A stretch of 64,000 nt of DNA from NCBI RefSeq assembly GCF_964204645.1, contig NC_134028.1, positions 17,491,653 to 17,555,652 on the forward strand. The letters are read 5' to 3'. This stretch comes from Tubulanus polymorphus. Taxonomy: Eukaryota; Animalia; Nemertea. Shown here piece by piece: positions 53,890 through 64,000 of the stretch. The position numbers and the translations under genes are program-made. How positions within the stretch are numbered: position 1 is the first letter of the stretch; each line of letters opens with the position of its first letter. Under the pieces are notes generated by a model that was given only the letters and a program-made list of their open reading frames with translations, did no database searches and was not told the origin of the DNA.

Positions 53890-54558
53890 CTAACCACTGA
53901 TTAAAACCTCAGAATGTGGTTGACTCTGTGAACTACTATTCCATAATTCAACAAATGTCTTTGCTTTAACCAGTTGATCTAAATATAACTGTAAATCTAG
54001 TTTATTAGATTTAATTATATTTTCCTTCTTTTCTAAAGACCTTAAATTTCTCCAATTCCAAATTAGTTTTTTATTATAATCATCACTCATGTCAAATTTA
54101 GATATTAGTAACACGTGATTAATATGAAAGTATTCACCATAATTATCTATATTCATTTTATCGTCAAATTGATATATTATCCATGATTTGAGAAATTCAT
54201 CTGTACAACCCAACAAATTAGATAGTGTTTCTGAATGAGTTTCTTTGTTGATTATTGTGTTAATCTAGACCGTAAACATTGTTTCATTTTAAAATTAAGA
54301 TCTGTTTTATATCATCCTCTCATATATTCTGTCATATAATCATTATAAGCTTGTCTATTATCTGCTCGATATTGCTTAGTATATAATTTAATACAAGTTT
54401 TGCAGCAATATTGAAAACCATCTTTGCTTATCTTACGCTTACTAAATTCTGTTATAGCTAATTATCTTATTCACATTTAGAACATTTCTTGTAGTATATA
54501 TTTATAACACCAGTGTTATTTGTAATATTGAGAGTTTGTGATTTTGTTCTGGTTCCAT
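53890..54558 (-). pseudogene. Endonuclease-VII/HNH-like gene (HNH-1), frameshifted
   Basis: Starts MEPEQ and is colinear with 57756-58398. Confidence 0.8.
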
Positions 54559-54637
54559 TTTAATATCAAATTTTTTTACTAAATTGATTTTAGAAGTTAT
54601 TCATTTATATGTTATTCATATATATGAATATTTTAAG

Positions 54638-54789
54638 AGTAATAGGGATAATAGGGGTTCAGGTTAAAGGTTGAAGGGGCGAGTGAGTAAAAAATGAAAA
54701 ATAAATTCGAGCGTGCGTGAATTCATTTTTCATTTTTTATGTGCTCGACCCTTCGACCTTTGGCCTGAACCCCTATTATCCCTATTACT
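54638..54789. repeat. 152-bp fold-back hairpin at the apparent terminus of fragment 4
   Basis: AGTAATAGGGATAATAGGGGTTCAGG... and ...CCTGAACCCCTATTATCCCTATTACT arms of about 70 nt with a 10-nt loop. Confidence 0.85.
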
Positions 54790-54845
54790 ATTGCAAATTC
54801 TGTTAATTTTTTGAATTTATAATCCACAGATTTGATATTTGTATT

Positions 54846-54979
<134 letters not shown>

Positions 54980-55922
54980 AACATAATGCGTTAGCTTCCA
55001 TTCGTTTTTTATTCAATCTTTATAGCTTACGATAACTGAAAATATACAATATTTCAACACTCTTAACATATATTTAATACTTTACAAAATCAAAGAAATC
55101 AGAATAATATGAATAGGCCTATATCATACCGTGATAGTTTGGCTATCAAGCCCACACAAAATTGAAAAGCCATAGTTCTTCTTCGAACACAGTTTACAGA
55201 GAGACAAAATCCAAAATCTCAGGAATCAGGAAATTGTATCTAGTAAAATTCTAGTCTGTGATAGGTAAGCAATGTAATGCTAAATATGAAAATTCACACA
55301 TGGCATTTATTCTCACAAGCCAGATTTTGAATAGAATAAAGCCATACAAACTCACAGTAAAGTCGACTAAGCACGAAAAAACAAAATACCTGAACAAAAC
55401 TTAATAAACTGATTCTAATTACTAAATTTGAGTGCAACTTTTATAAAGGTATTAAAATATTCAGTTACAATCATATTTTTGAACCATTTTCATCATATAT
55501 AGGCTACGGATTAGAATTCATCCAAACTCAAAATGCCTAGTTAGTTACAAAAAATGTTATTTTAGGCCACACACAGAAATACCCAAGTTTCTCATCAGAT
55601 TTTTTACTGAAAAGTGACTAGGGCGGGCGAATTTTATTTTCATTGTTTTTTTAGATAAAAAGCTCTAGCTGAGACTTATAGAACATAAGCGGGAGGGAAG
55701 TTTTTTCTTTCACTAATGCCAAACAAATACCAGTACAAGTAAAACATATGCAAAAAACTTTATTTAGAATTAAGTAGCTCCGAAAAACCTATAAAATCAA
55801 ACTATATCGACTCATTTAATCGAAATTGAGACAATTATATTAGCTTTCTCGAAATGAAGTAAAAGGAAACGAACATGGCGCTGTTTTTGTCACCGTAAAT
55901 ATGGATTACGTACGTCGAAGAT

Positions 55923-56332
55923 AGTAATAGGGGTAATGGGCTTTCAGGCCAAAGGTCGAAGTGTCGAGCTCATTAAAAAACAAAACATTGAAAGTAATTT
56001 AAAACTATAATATATTTTCATAACCGTGTGTATTTTATATTATAACTAAATATTTATTCTAAGATATTAATAATTTTAATTTTAAAAGCATATTGTATTA
56101 AATCAATTGGTCGCTCCGCTCTGCGACCGCTCCGCTCCGCGACCAATTGATTTATTTACAATACACAAATTCATACAATCAAATATATTTTAATAATAAT
56201 AATTATTCTATTATTCAACTGAAATACACACGGTTATGAAAATATATTATAGTTTTAAATTACTTTTAATATTTGTTTTTAATGAACTCGACCATTCAAC
56301 CTTTAACCTGAAAGCCCATTACCCCTATTACT
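55923..56332. repeat. 410-bp imperfect fold-back hairpin at the apparent terminus of fragment 5
   Basis: Outer stem of about 110 nt (AGTAATAGGGGTAATGGGCTTTCAGG...CATAACCGTGTGTATTT) and apical stem AAATCAATTGGTCGC/GCGACCAATTGATTT around GCTCC repeats. Confidence 0.85.
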
Positions 56333-57217
56333 CTTAAAATAATCATATAAATGAATAACATTTAAATTGACAGATTATTCAATATAAAAGTATATATTTA
56401 CAACATTATTTCAATATTCATATTTGTGTGAGTTAGATTTTTAAACATTAAAAGTGTGATTGAAATAATGCATAGCTGTTTATACTAGAACATGATTCTA
56501 TTTGAGCCTATATACATTTCATGTAATGAACTATTGAATAAATCTATAAATTCACAGCTGTTACAGCTCTTACTATGACGCCGAGACATATGAGTCATAA
56601 TATTGCAAACGTGTAGAGAACATTCTAGAAAGGTGTGCCGGAACCAGATGACGTGGCAGGAAATGAACAGACGCTGTAACATTACGCTCGGGATATTCTA
56701 TCTCTCGAAACGAAATTAGGAGTTAATAGTTTACAATTCTAAATCTAAATGTAAGTACTGTTTTTTGTAGTTATTAGGGCTATTAAATATGAAACCTTTA
56801 GATATATTTAAATGTATTTAGTATATCTTTTAGATGGCTAGAGTTGCCGCTGATATCTTTTAGATTAATAAAACGCCACACGCATCAAGAAGTGATAGAG
56901 AAACTCAAGATACTCTTTCTGACTGAGGAATCAACAGCAATGGGGATATCGAACCAATAGAAATTAGCACAAGAAACACAAGAATCGCCAAAAGATCGAC
57001 GAAGAAACTATATAAGATTTTCAAAAACATTAAGACTCCAATGATTAAGTTTAACATTTGTTGATGTAGTTAAATATTTACCAGCAATTGAAAAAATGTT
57101 TGTAATTATAAATTGTATTTATAGAAGTCAAATGATGTATTGGAAGAAACGACTGAACAACTTGTATAAAGTATTGCGTAAATCTGATTGGTGAATTTTT
57201 ATGTTCAGTCGTTTCTA

Positions 57218-57622
57218 TTATGATTAGCGGATGCGCATTGATCCAAACCGGGCTTGTATGCCCGGTCTTGCCTAGTGCACATGCGTTTTGATATTTCATG
57301 TCGGTTGTTTCTATTTACAAAATGAATATATAATTATGATTAGCGCATGCGCATTGATCCAAACCGGGCCTGAATGCCCGGTCTTGCCTAATGCGAACAC
57401 GTTTTGATATTTTATGTGTTCAGTTGTTTCTATTTACAGAATGAATATATAATTATGATTAAAACATGTGCATTAAGCAAAACCGGACATCAATGGCCGC
57501 ATGTGACGCATGTAACGCATGTGTTGTTTCTATTTTACAGAATTTATAGAATGAATATATAATTATGATTAGCGCATGCGCATTGATCCAAACCGGGCCT
57601 GAATGCGCGGTTTTGCCCAGTG
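57218..57622. repeat. Tandem array of about four ~118-bp palindromic units
   Basis: ATTATGATTAGCGCATGCGCATTGATCCAAACCGGGC.TG.ATGCCCGGT recurs at ~57218, 57334, 57452 (diverged) and 57562. Confidence 0.85.
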
Positions 57623-57755
57623 GTATTATTTAGATATCAAGGAATCGAAACAACTTATCAAAAGCAACGAGGAATGAAAAAGGATGACGTTGGTCGAAGA
57701 AATGGAAGAGGATTCTAAAATATTAACCAATTTAGTAAAAAAATACGTATAATAA

Positions 57756-58398
57756 ATGGAACCAGAACAACCACAAACTATCAATATTACAAATAACACT
57801 GGTGTTATAAATATATATTACAAGAAGTGTTCTAAATGTGAATTAGATAAATTAGCTTTAACAGAATTTAGTAAGCGTAAGATTAGCAAAGATGGTTTTC
57901 AACATTGCTGTAAAACTTGTTTTAAACTATATACCAAACAATACAGAGAAGCTTATAATGATTATATGACAGAATATATGAGAGAAAGATATCAAACAGA
58001 TCTTAATTTTAGATTGAAACAATGCTTAAGATCTAGATTAACACAATTATTCAACAAAGAAACACATTCAGAAACACTATCTAATTTATTGGGTCGTTCA
58101 GATGAATTTTTCATATCATGGATAATATATCAATTCGATGATAAAATGAATATAGATAATTATGGTGAATACTTTCATATTGATCATGTGTTGCCGATTT
58201 CTAAATTTAACATGAATGATGAATACAATAAAAAAACTTATTTGGAGTTGGAAAAATTTAAGGCCTTTAGAAAAGAAGGAAAACATAATTAAATCTAATA
58301 AACTAGATTTACAGTTATATCTAGATCAACTGGATAAAGCCAAGACATTTGTTGAATTATGGAACTCAACGCATAATGAAAAATACGTTGAAGCTTAA
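57756..58398 (+). pseudogene. Endonuclease-VII/HNH-like gene, HNH-1 type, one frameshift in an A-run at ~58230
   Basis: KKCSKC..KDGFQHCCKTC; YFHIDHVLP..WKNLRPLEKKEN. Confidence 0.8.
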
Positions 58399-59544
58399 GC
58401 GCTTAGAAAACCGGTTACTCTCGATCTATGTCAAACCGCCTATATGTAATTGTATTAGGTTGTTTACAAAAGCATCTGTCGCACGTTATATTCAGTTGAA
58501 TGAGGTGTATCTCATTTGAATATTGATCGAATGTTCTATTTCAGTTGAAAAGGATTAATCAATAACATTACAAAGGAACATCTGTTGCACAGACAGTGTT
58601 TAGCTAGTGAATAACTGGCAGTTATAAACGCGCAGCACATAAGCATAGGAACGTATAGGATATTCTCTCTATAAACACAATTTTAGGAGTTAACAGTTAT
58701 AAATGTAAGTACTGTTTTTGTTGTTATTAAGCGCCGGGAAACGTTAAACATGTAAAACTTATCCTGGTAAGATGCGTCACAAATGGCTATGTTTAAGTGC
58801 TGTAATTAATATTTTACAACTACAACTTCAAGTTAGTTTTATTCTACGCTAGATATTTATCTTTTAGATAACAAAATGAAGACTGTTGAATCAAGAAAGT
58901 GAAGATAGGAGGATGTGGAATCAGAAATTATGGATATTTCAACTCATGAGACTGTAGCCGTTTAGCCATACTGTATAGGCTTCCAATGCATTACGTTTGT
59001 CGGAATTTCAATTGCGTCATTAAGCTGTTGTTAATGACACACAGTGACCGATGTTGTATTGTACTTTATTGATTCCTGCATTTCACGCATACCTTACCGC
59101 TCCTCTCAGGAGCGGCTTGGAATGTGGAAATCGATAATGATTGTATAATAAAATATATGTGTTTATGAAATAGAATTTCCACCAGTCGTTTCTTTGAATT
59201 TATTTTCAGTTTTAGGATTTATTATCGAGAATCCGAAATGACTTATCTGGACAGTTATAGTTACTGCTCCTAATAGATAGACAATAGTAGTGAGATATTA
59301 AATCCTAATTTAAATAAAAAGTATTTAAAAAACAATAACTTCAACTAGCTAGTGAATTCTATTATATTTTTAATATTTTGTTTTCAAAAAGAGAATACTT
59401 TATATTTTGAATAGATTCAAATAGAAATTCTTTAAATTCAAATAGCTAGTATCAGTAGTCAATACTAGAATTCTTTAACTTTAACTATCTAGTATCATTT
59501 TATAATACTTATAATATTTTTCTAATTAAATTTCTCTAATATAA

Positions 59545-60147
59545 ATGTCAAAGAAATCTAATAAGAATAGTATTGATATTGAAAAAACATTAGATGATTT
59601 GGGCATTAGTGATAATAAGGATCCAGTTGTTTCTAATTCTATTCAAGTTAATAACAATATTGATTATGAATGCTATTTATATTGTAATCACCATCATGAG
59701 TTACTAATTGCTGGCGGGAAATCTAAACAATTTTTAACTAAGACCATTACTTTTCAAGAACTAGACTCTATGAAACCCGATAAAGTAATAAAATATTTTA
59801 AGATTTATGAAGAAGCTAGATTGGCTCGAATAAATGATTCTATTTCAGATAGTATTATAAAATGTTATTCAAAATTATGTAACCGGTTAATGACAATTAA
59901 TGATGAAAATAAATTATATAGTGATTTGAAAAATGACTACTTAGTTATGACTGAATTACAAAAATGGGTTGGTTATGCTTCATTTCAATTAGGATCGGTT
60001 ATGACATTAATTTCTACTGGCGTCATAACATTTTCGAACATCAAGCCTATGGAATATAAATCAGGTAAGAACGAAACAGATGTACTACAACCAAACGGCG
60101 AAACAGAAAATGAATCAGAACAAAAATTAACTAAAATAAATGAGTGA
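59545..60147 (+). CDS. 200-aa conserved Polinton protein, function unknown
   Basis: Intact ORF; three homologs in the window. Confidence 0.75.
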   Translation: MSKKSNKNSIDIEKTLDDLGISDNKDPVVSNSIQVNNNIDYECYLYCNHHHELLIAGGKSKQFLTKTITFQELDSMKPDKVIKYFKIYEEARLARINDSISDSIIKCYSKLCNRLMTINDENKLYSDLKNDYLVMTELQKWVGYASFQLGSVMTLISTGVITFSNIKPMEYKSGKNETDVLQPNGETENESEQKLTKINE

Positions 60148-60508
60148 TAGCGTTAAGAAGAAGCCTAGATCCGAGAAACAAATTATATGGGCAAGAGAAT
60201 TAGGTAAGAGATCTGTAGAATTAAAAAAAGCTAAGAAAAAGAAATTAACTGATATAAATGAATCACAGAATTTATCTGATATTAATTCAAATAATAATCC
60301 ATCTAATTCTTCTAATGCTGGAAGTAATTATAAATTATATATTACAATTGGATTAGTAACAGTTATTATATTATCCGGTGTAATATATGAATCAAAATTC
60401 AAATCTAATGATAAAGATGATTCCAATGACAATAAACCTATTATACCAGAAAATAAGTCAAATCATAAAGTCATTGAAACTAAATCTAAATTATTATTAA
60501 TGGATTAA
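60140..60508 (+). CDS. 122-aa basic protein with one predicted transmembrane segment
   Basis: KKPRSEKQ..W..ELG; YITIGLVTVIILSGVIY; three homologs in the window. Confidence 0.7.
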   Translation: MSDSVKKKPRSEKQIIWARELGKRSVELKKAKKKKLTDINESQNLSDINSNNNPSNSSNAGSNYKLYITIGLVTVIILSGVIYESKFKSNDKDDSNDNKPIIPENKSNHKVIETKSKLLLMD

Positions 60509-60514
60509 AATAAG

Positions 60515-61066
60515 ATGAAAAAAGAACAATATTTAAGAGATTTATATTATAACCCAGAAAGTGAAGTATCATATTCTAACGTTTCAGAATTATGGAATGA
60601 AATTAAATCTGATAATGAAAATGGTGATGGTGCCGTATGGCACCCACATGGTGGTATAAAATATAGCGAATTAAAATCATGGTTACAAAATCAACCAACA
60701 TATCAAATCCACAAGAAAATGGATAAAACTTATTTAACAAGAAAAGTTATGGTTTCATATATCGATCAACAATGGCAAGCTGATTTAATTGACATGAAGA
60801 ACTTAGAAGAACATAATAAAGGATATTTCTGGATATTAAATGTAATAGATATATTCAGTCGATACGCATGGTCAATTCCAATCAAAAATAAAACTGGAAT
60901 AGAAGTAACAAATGCTTTCAAATCAATATTTAAAGAAGCTATTCCAGATAAGATACAATTTGATGAAGGTAAGGAATTTTATAACAAACATTTTAAAAAA
61001 CTATTATCTGATAACGATGTAGATTATTTTTCAACACACTCAGATAAAAAAGCATCTATTATAGAA
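60515..61066 (+). pseudogene. Polinton retroviral-like (RVE) integrase, truncated
   Basis: YYNP..WLQNQPTYQIH..QQWQADLIDM..VIDIFSRYAW..QFDEGKEFYN..KASIIE; breaks at the third catalytic residue. Confidence 0.92.
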
Positions 61067-61890
61067 AAAAAAATATTAATATACCTTTAATAGATCTTCT
61101 TGGGAAGTTAATATTCTCATTAATTATTTCATCATTTGCATTAATAGTTACGGTTTTAAATTTATCAATATAATCATATAATAATGAAAATCCTTGATTG
61201 TATTTAGTTTGAATTATACTTGAAATATTTTCATCAGTTACTGTATCATATTCCAAACATATATTCGATAATTTATAACTCATATCTTTATTAACGCTAG
61301 ATATTACAATTTCATTTACAGGAGCAAATGTTATTTCGAATATAACATCTTCTTGAATTGCATATTTATATAAAGGTGCATTATTATTTATCAATTCAAA
61401 GTCTAATGGAATTTTATATTTGCTTCCATATATACTTTTTATCAATTTATCTATAGCATTAGTTAATATTGCATTATGCGCTTTTGATCTTAATTTATTT
61501 TGGTTTTCTGATTGGATTCCTTGAAATATCATATTATTTCTATTTTCTTTAGTTAACCATAAATCTTTATAATGCATAAATAAATTATAATCATCTAATG
61601 AGAAAACTGTTTCTGGACCAATCTTTATTGTTAATTTTTTAATCAAATATCTTATCAACATTATCAACAACCTAATTATTATTACTAACGGTTACTTTTA
61701 TATCGGCTGATAAATAAATACTATTTGGAACATAAAAAGTATTTTGTGTTAATCGAGGGATTCTAACATATAAAGTTTCATCAGGATTAATATTAGAAGG
61801 GTTATGAGTAATTATATGATGTGATCTTTCTGCTTTAATAGCATTAGATATTCTATGATTCTTAGAAGGATTGATATAACTCCCACTCAT
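61066..61890 (-). pseudogene. Major capsid protein (double jelly-roll, hexon-like), with a stop, a frameshift and 3' truncation
   Basis: HHIITHNPSNINPDETLYVRIPRL..VVDNV..LIKKL..YKDLWL..YKIPLDF..YKLSNICLEYDTV..NINFPRRSIKGIL, a pattern I recognise from invertebrate Polinton capsids. Confidence 0.75.
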
Positions 61891-61929
61891 GTATTTAACA
61901 AAAAATTAATTATTTATTTTTGATCATGG

Positions 61930-63110
61930 TTACTTGATATTTTTTGATATCATATTTACTAACCCAAAAATAATAGCACTTACAACTGTAATTAAAAATA
62001 AAATAATATGTTCGGCAGCAAAGTTAATAATGTTTCCTGCAGATTTCAATATAAAACCAACAATTGATGCAATAACTCCTGGAAATGCTGCAGCAGATTT
62101 TTTAGATAGTTCCCATAAATATTTTGCTAATTTCTTTAAACCATCCTTAACTTTATCTTGTATAGAATTATTATTATCTGGGGGTTTATCCGGTTTATTG
62201 GGAGTAGGAGTAGATTTCAAAGCATTTGATATTGCTAAACCAATTGTTGTAAATAACATAGTTATAGCTGTTAGAATTGATAGAATTGTTATTCCTTCTA
62301 ATTTGAATAATAATCTTATTCTATCTTTCAATGATATTTTAGAATCTGGTTTTATCAACAAATCTTTAAAAACATCTTTTAATCTTTTAAAATTATTACC
62401 AAATTCTTTTAATAATATATCTCTTTCACCTTTCAGTACTTCTAAATTATCTTTTAAATTATCAATTTCTTTTTCTAAACGGAATTCTTTTTTTTCCTAT
62501 TCTGTTCAGAAGTTGTTTCTGTTTCTGGATTATCATCGATTATTTTAAATAAGTCATCAATTTTTTGACTAAATACTCTTATATTATCATCTCTTTCTTC
62601 TTCTGTAACATCAGTTATTTCGTTACTAATACTTATTCTCTTAATTCTAAATGTTTCTAAATTTTTCAAAGTTGATTCCGCTAATATTTTATTTAGTTTT
62701 GTCTTTTGATTAGTGATATCAATATAATAATCACCATCCAAACGATAATAATATTTACCTTTAAAAAGTTTTAATTTTTGTACTAAATATCTGGCGCCTC
62801 TATCATTTATATTATATCCAGAATCTTAAAATACACGTTGAAAATCATCCATAAAATCAATATTTTCTAAATCTTCCTTTGATAAACCTGGAATTAAATT
62901 TTCATGAGCTATTCTCGATCTATTTTTTCTAATATATTCCTCTGTTGATGGGGCTTTAGAACCACTATCTGCTAAATTAGAATTATATGCTGATTCATTA
63001 TCATTAACAATATTAGTATCAGCAGTCATATAATCATCATTGTTAGTATTGACATCATCATTATTTCCCATGTTTTCCATTCCAATATCTTCTACACCTT
63101 CTACATCCAT
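61930..63110 (-). pseudogene. Polinton protein with an acidic N-terminus, coiled-coil middle and hydrophobic C-terminus, broken into three ORFs
   Basis: ORFs 62826-63110, 62475-62741 and 61930-62361 are consecutive on one strand with a single TAAATG start; LKDRIRLLFK.EGITI..PGVIASIVGFILKSAG. Confidence 0.65.
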
Positions 63111-63126
63111 TTACATAATAAAAAAA

Positions 63127-64000
63127 TTAAAATTTGAAATATAATATTCCTCCGATTACAATTCCTATACAAGTTAAAGCTAATTTAGCATTTTCATGGG
63201 ATTTATTATCATCATTTAGTTTAATTATTTCATGTTGAATATTATCAGTTTTTATATTTTCTGATGTATTGTAATCTTTTATTTTAGAATCATTATTTAA
63301 TTTAATATTATTAGTTTTAGTTTCTGTTGATTGAATATGTTTTTTATTTTTTTCACCTTCCATTAATTTTGGAGCAGTAATAATCTTTTTATTTATATCA
63401 TTTAATCCAAATGAATTATTTATTGTTGCAGTTTTAATTAGATTATTATAACCAATTATGTTTCCCATCTTTAATACTAAATCATTAGAAATAATTAATA
63501 GATTAGGGCCTATACAATAATTTAATCTAATATGTGATTTATCTAGATAATTTTGATATCTTACAATGTTTTCCGGAATCGATCTATTTTTATCATTATG
63601 AATTGAATCTTCAAATAATACATTGAATTTTTTCTGCGCATCGAATGAAGTGTTATCATTTCCAAGTATTGGGGATCTTGTTTCAAATTGCGCACCTAAA
63701 ATACAAATTAAATAAGTTCTAATAGATTGATTTATTCTTTGTATTCCAGCTTTAGTAAAACCTTCACTATTTTCTAAAATGAAATTAACCCAACCATTAT
63801 TGTTTTGTTGTTGTATATTATTATAATATTTTGGTAATTCATTCCAATTTAGTGTTCTTATATCTGAATTTGTCATTATTTTTCCAAATTCTTTAGTTTA
63901 TAATATTCCTAATCCACTCATTGTTCCAATTTTTGCTCTAAAATCTTTATTTGAATTAATATTAAATTCATTACATATTTTATAAAGCTTAGAAAAATTA
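63127..64000 (-). pseudogene. Conserved Polinton hypothetical protein with a C-terminal membrane anchor; 5' part off-window
   Basis: W..FIL..SEGFTKAGIQRINQSIRTY..ILGAQ..TRS..FDAQK..GYNN; the frame continues upstream of 63876 through one TAA at ~63900. Confidence 0.7.

Larger units (their letters stand above)
50942..54789 (-). mobile_element. Polinton-like fragment 4 (terminus at 54789, reading leftward)
   Basis: Order: hairpin, HNH-1, non-coding module, palindromic repeats, HNH-2, 200-aa gene, 122-aa gene. Confidence 0.85.
55923..61066 (+). mobile_element. Polinton-like fragment 5 (terminus at 55923, reading rightward)
   Basis: Order: hairpin, non-coding module, palindromic repeats, HNH, second module, 200-aa, 122-aa, integrase. 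Confidence 0.85.

Noticed and set aside
57218-57622. CRISPR-like or guide-RNA array
   Set aside because: The sequences between the palindromes are homologous to each other rather than unique spacers, and there are no cas-like genes; kept as a tandem repeat.
61934-62548. 204-aa plus-strand ORF
   Set aside because: It is the antisense shadow of the minus-strand hydrophobic gene.

Overview
AT-rich animal (probably invertebrate) genomic DNA with two zones. From 1 to about 25.2 kb, the first three coding exons of a KCTD5/2/17 (insomniac-type) BTB/POZ gene lie on the minus strand. Its two introns of about 11 kb are packed with nested DNA-transposon relics: several Helentron-associated (DINE-1/HINE-like) elements, MITEs, an intron-containing pogo-like transposase and a degraded SAP-SWIM-YqaJ gene. 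From about 27.2 to 64 kb lies a cluster of at least five fragmented Polinton/Maverick (adintovirus-like) copies. These carry protein-primed PolB, integrase, A32-like ATPase, major and minor capsid proteins, small conserved genes and four endonuclease-VII/HNH-like genes, and are interrupted by Gypsy, Copia, BEL/Pao, Harbinger and a MITE. The most unusual signals are in the Polinton-like elements: (1) apparent termini that are long fold-back hairpins with covarying arms and conserved G.T-type asymmetry; (2) an HNH gene that changes slot between copies and is bracketed by a short direct repeat; (3) a shared leader followed by a different first gene in each copy, with TAAATG starts on most genes; (4) an array of palindromic ~118-bp repeats upstream of the HNH gene. 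All calls are from reading by eye, and boundaries of degraded elements are approximate.
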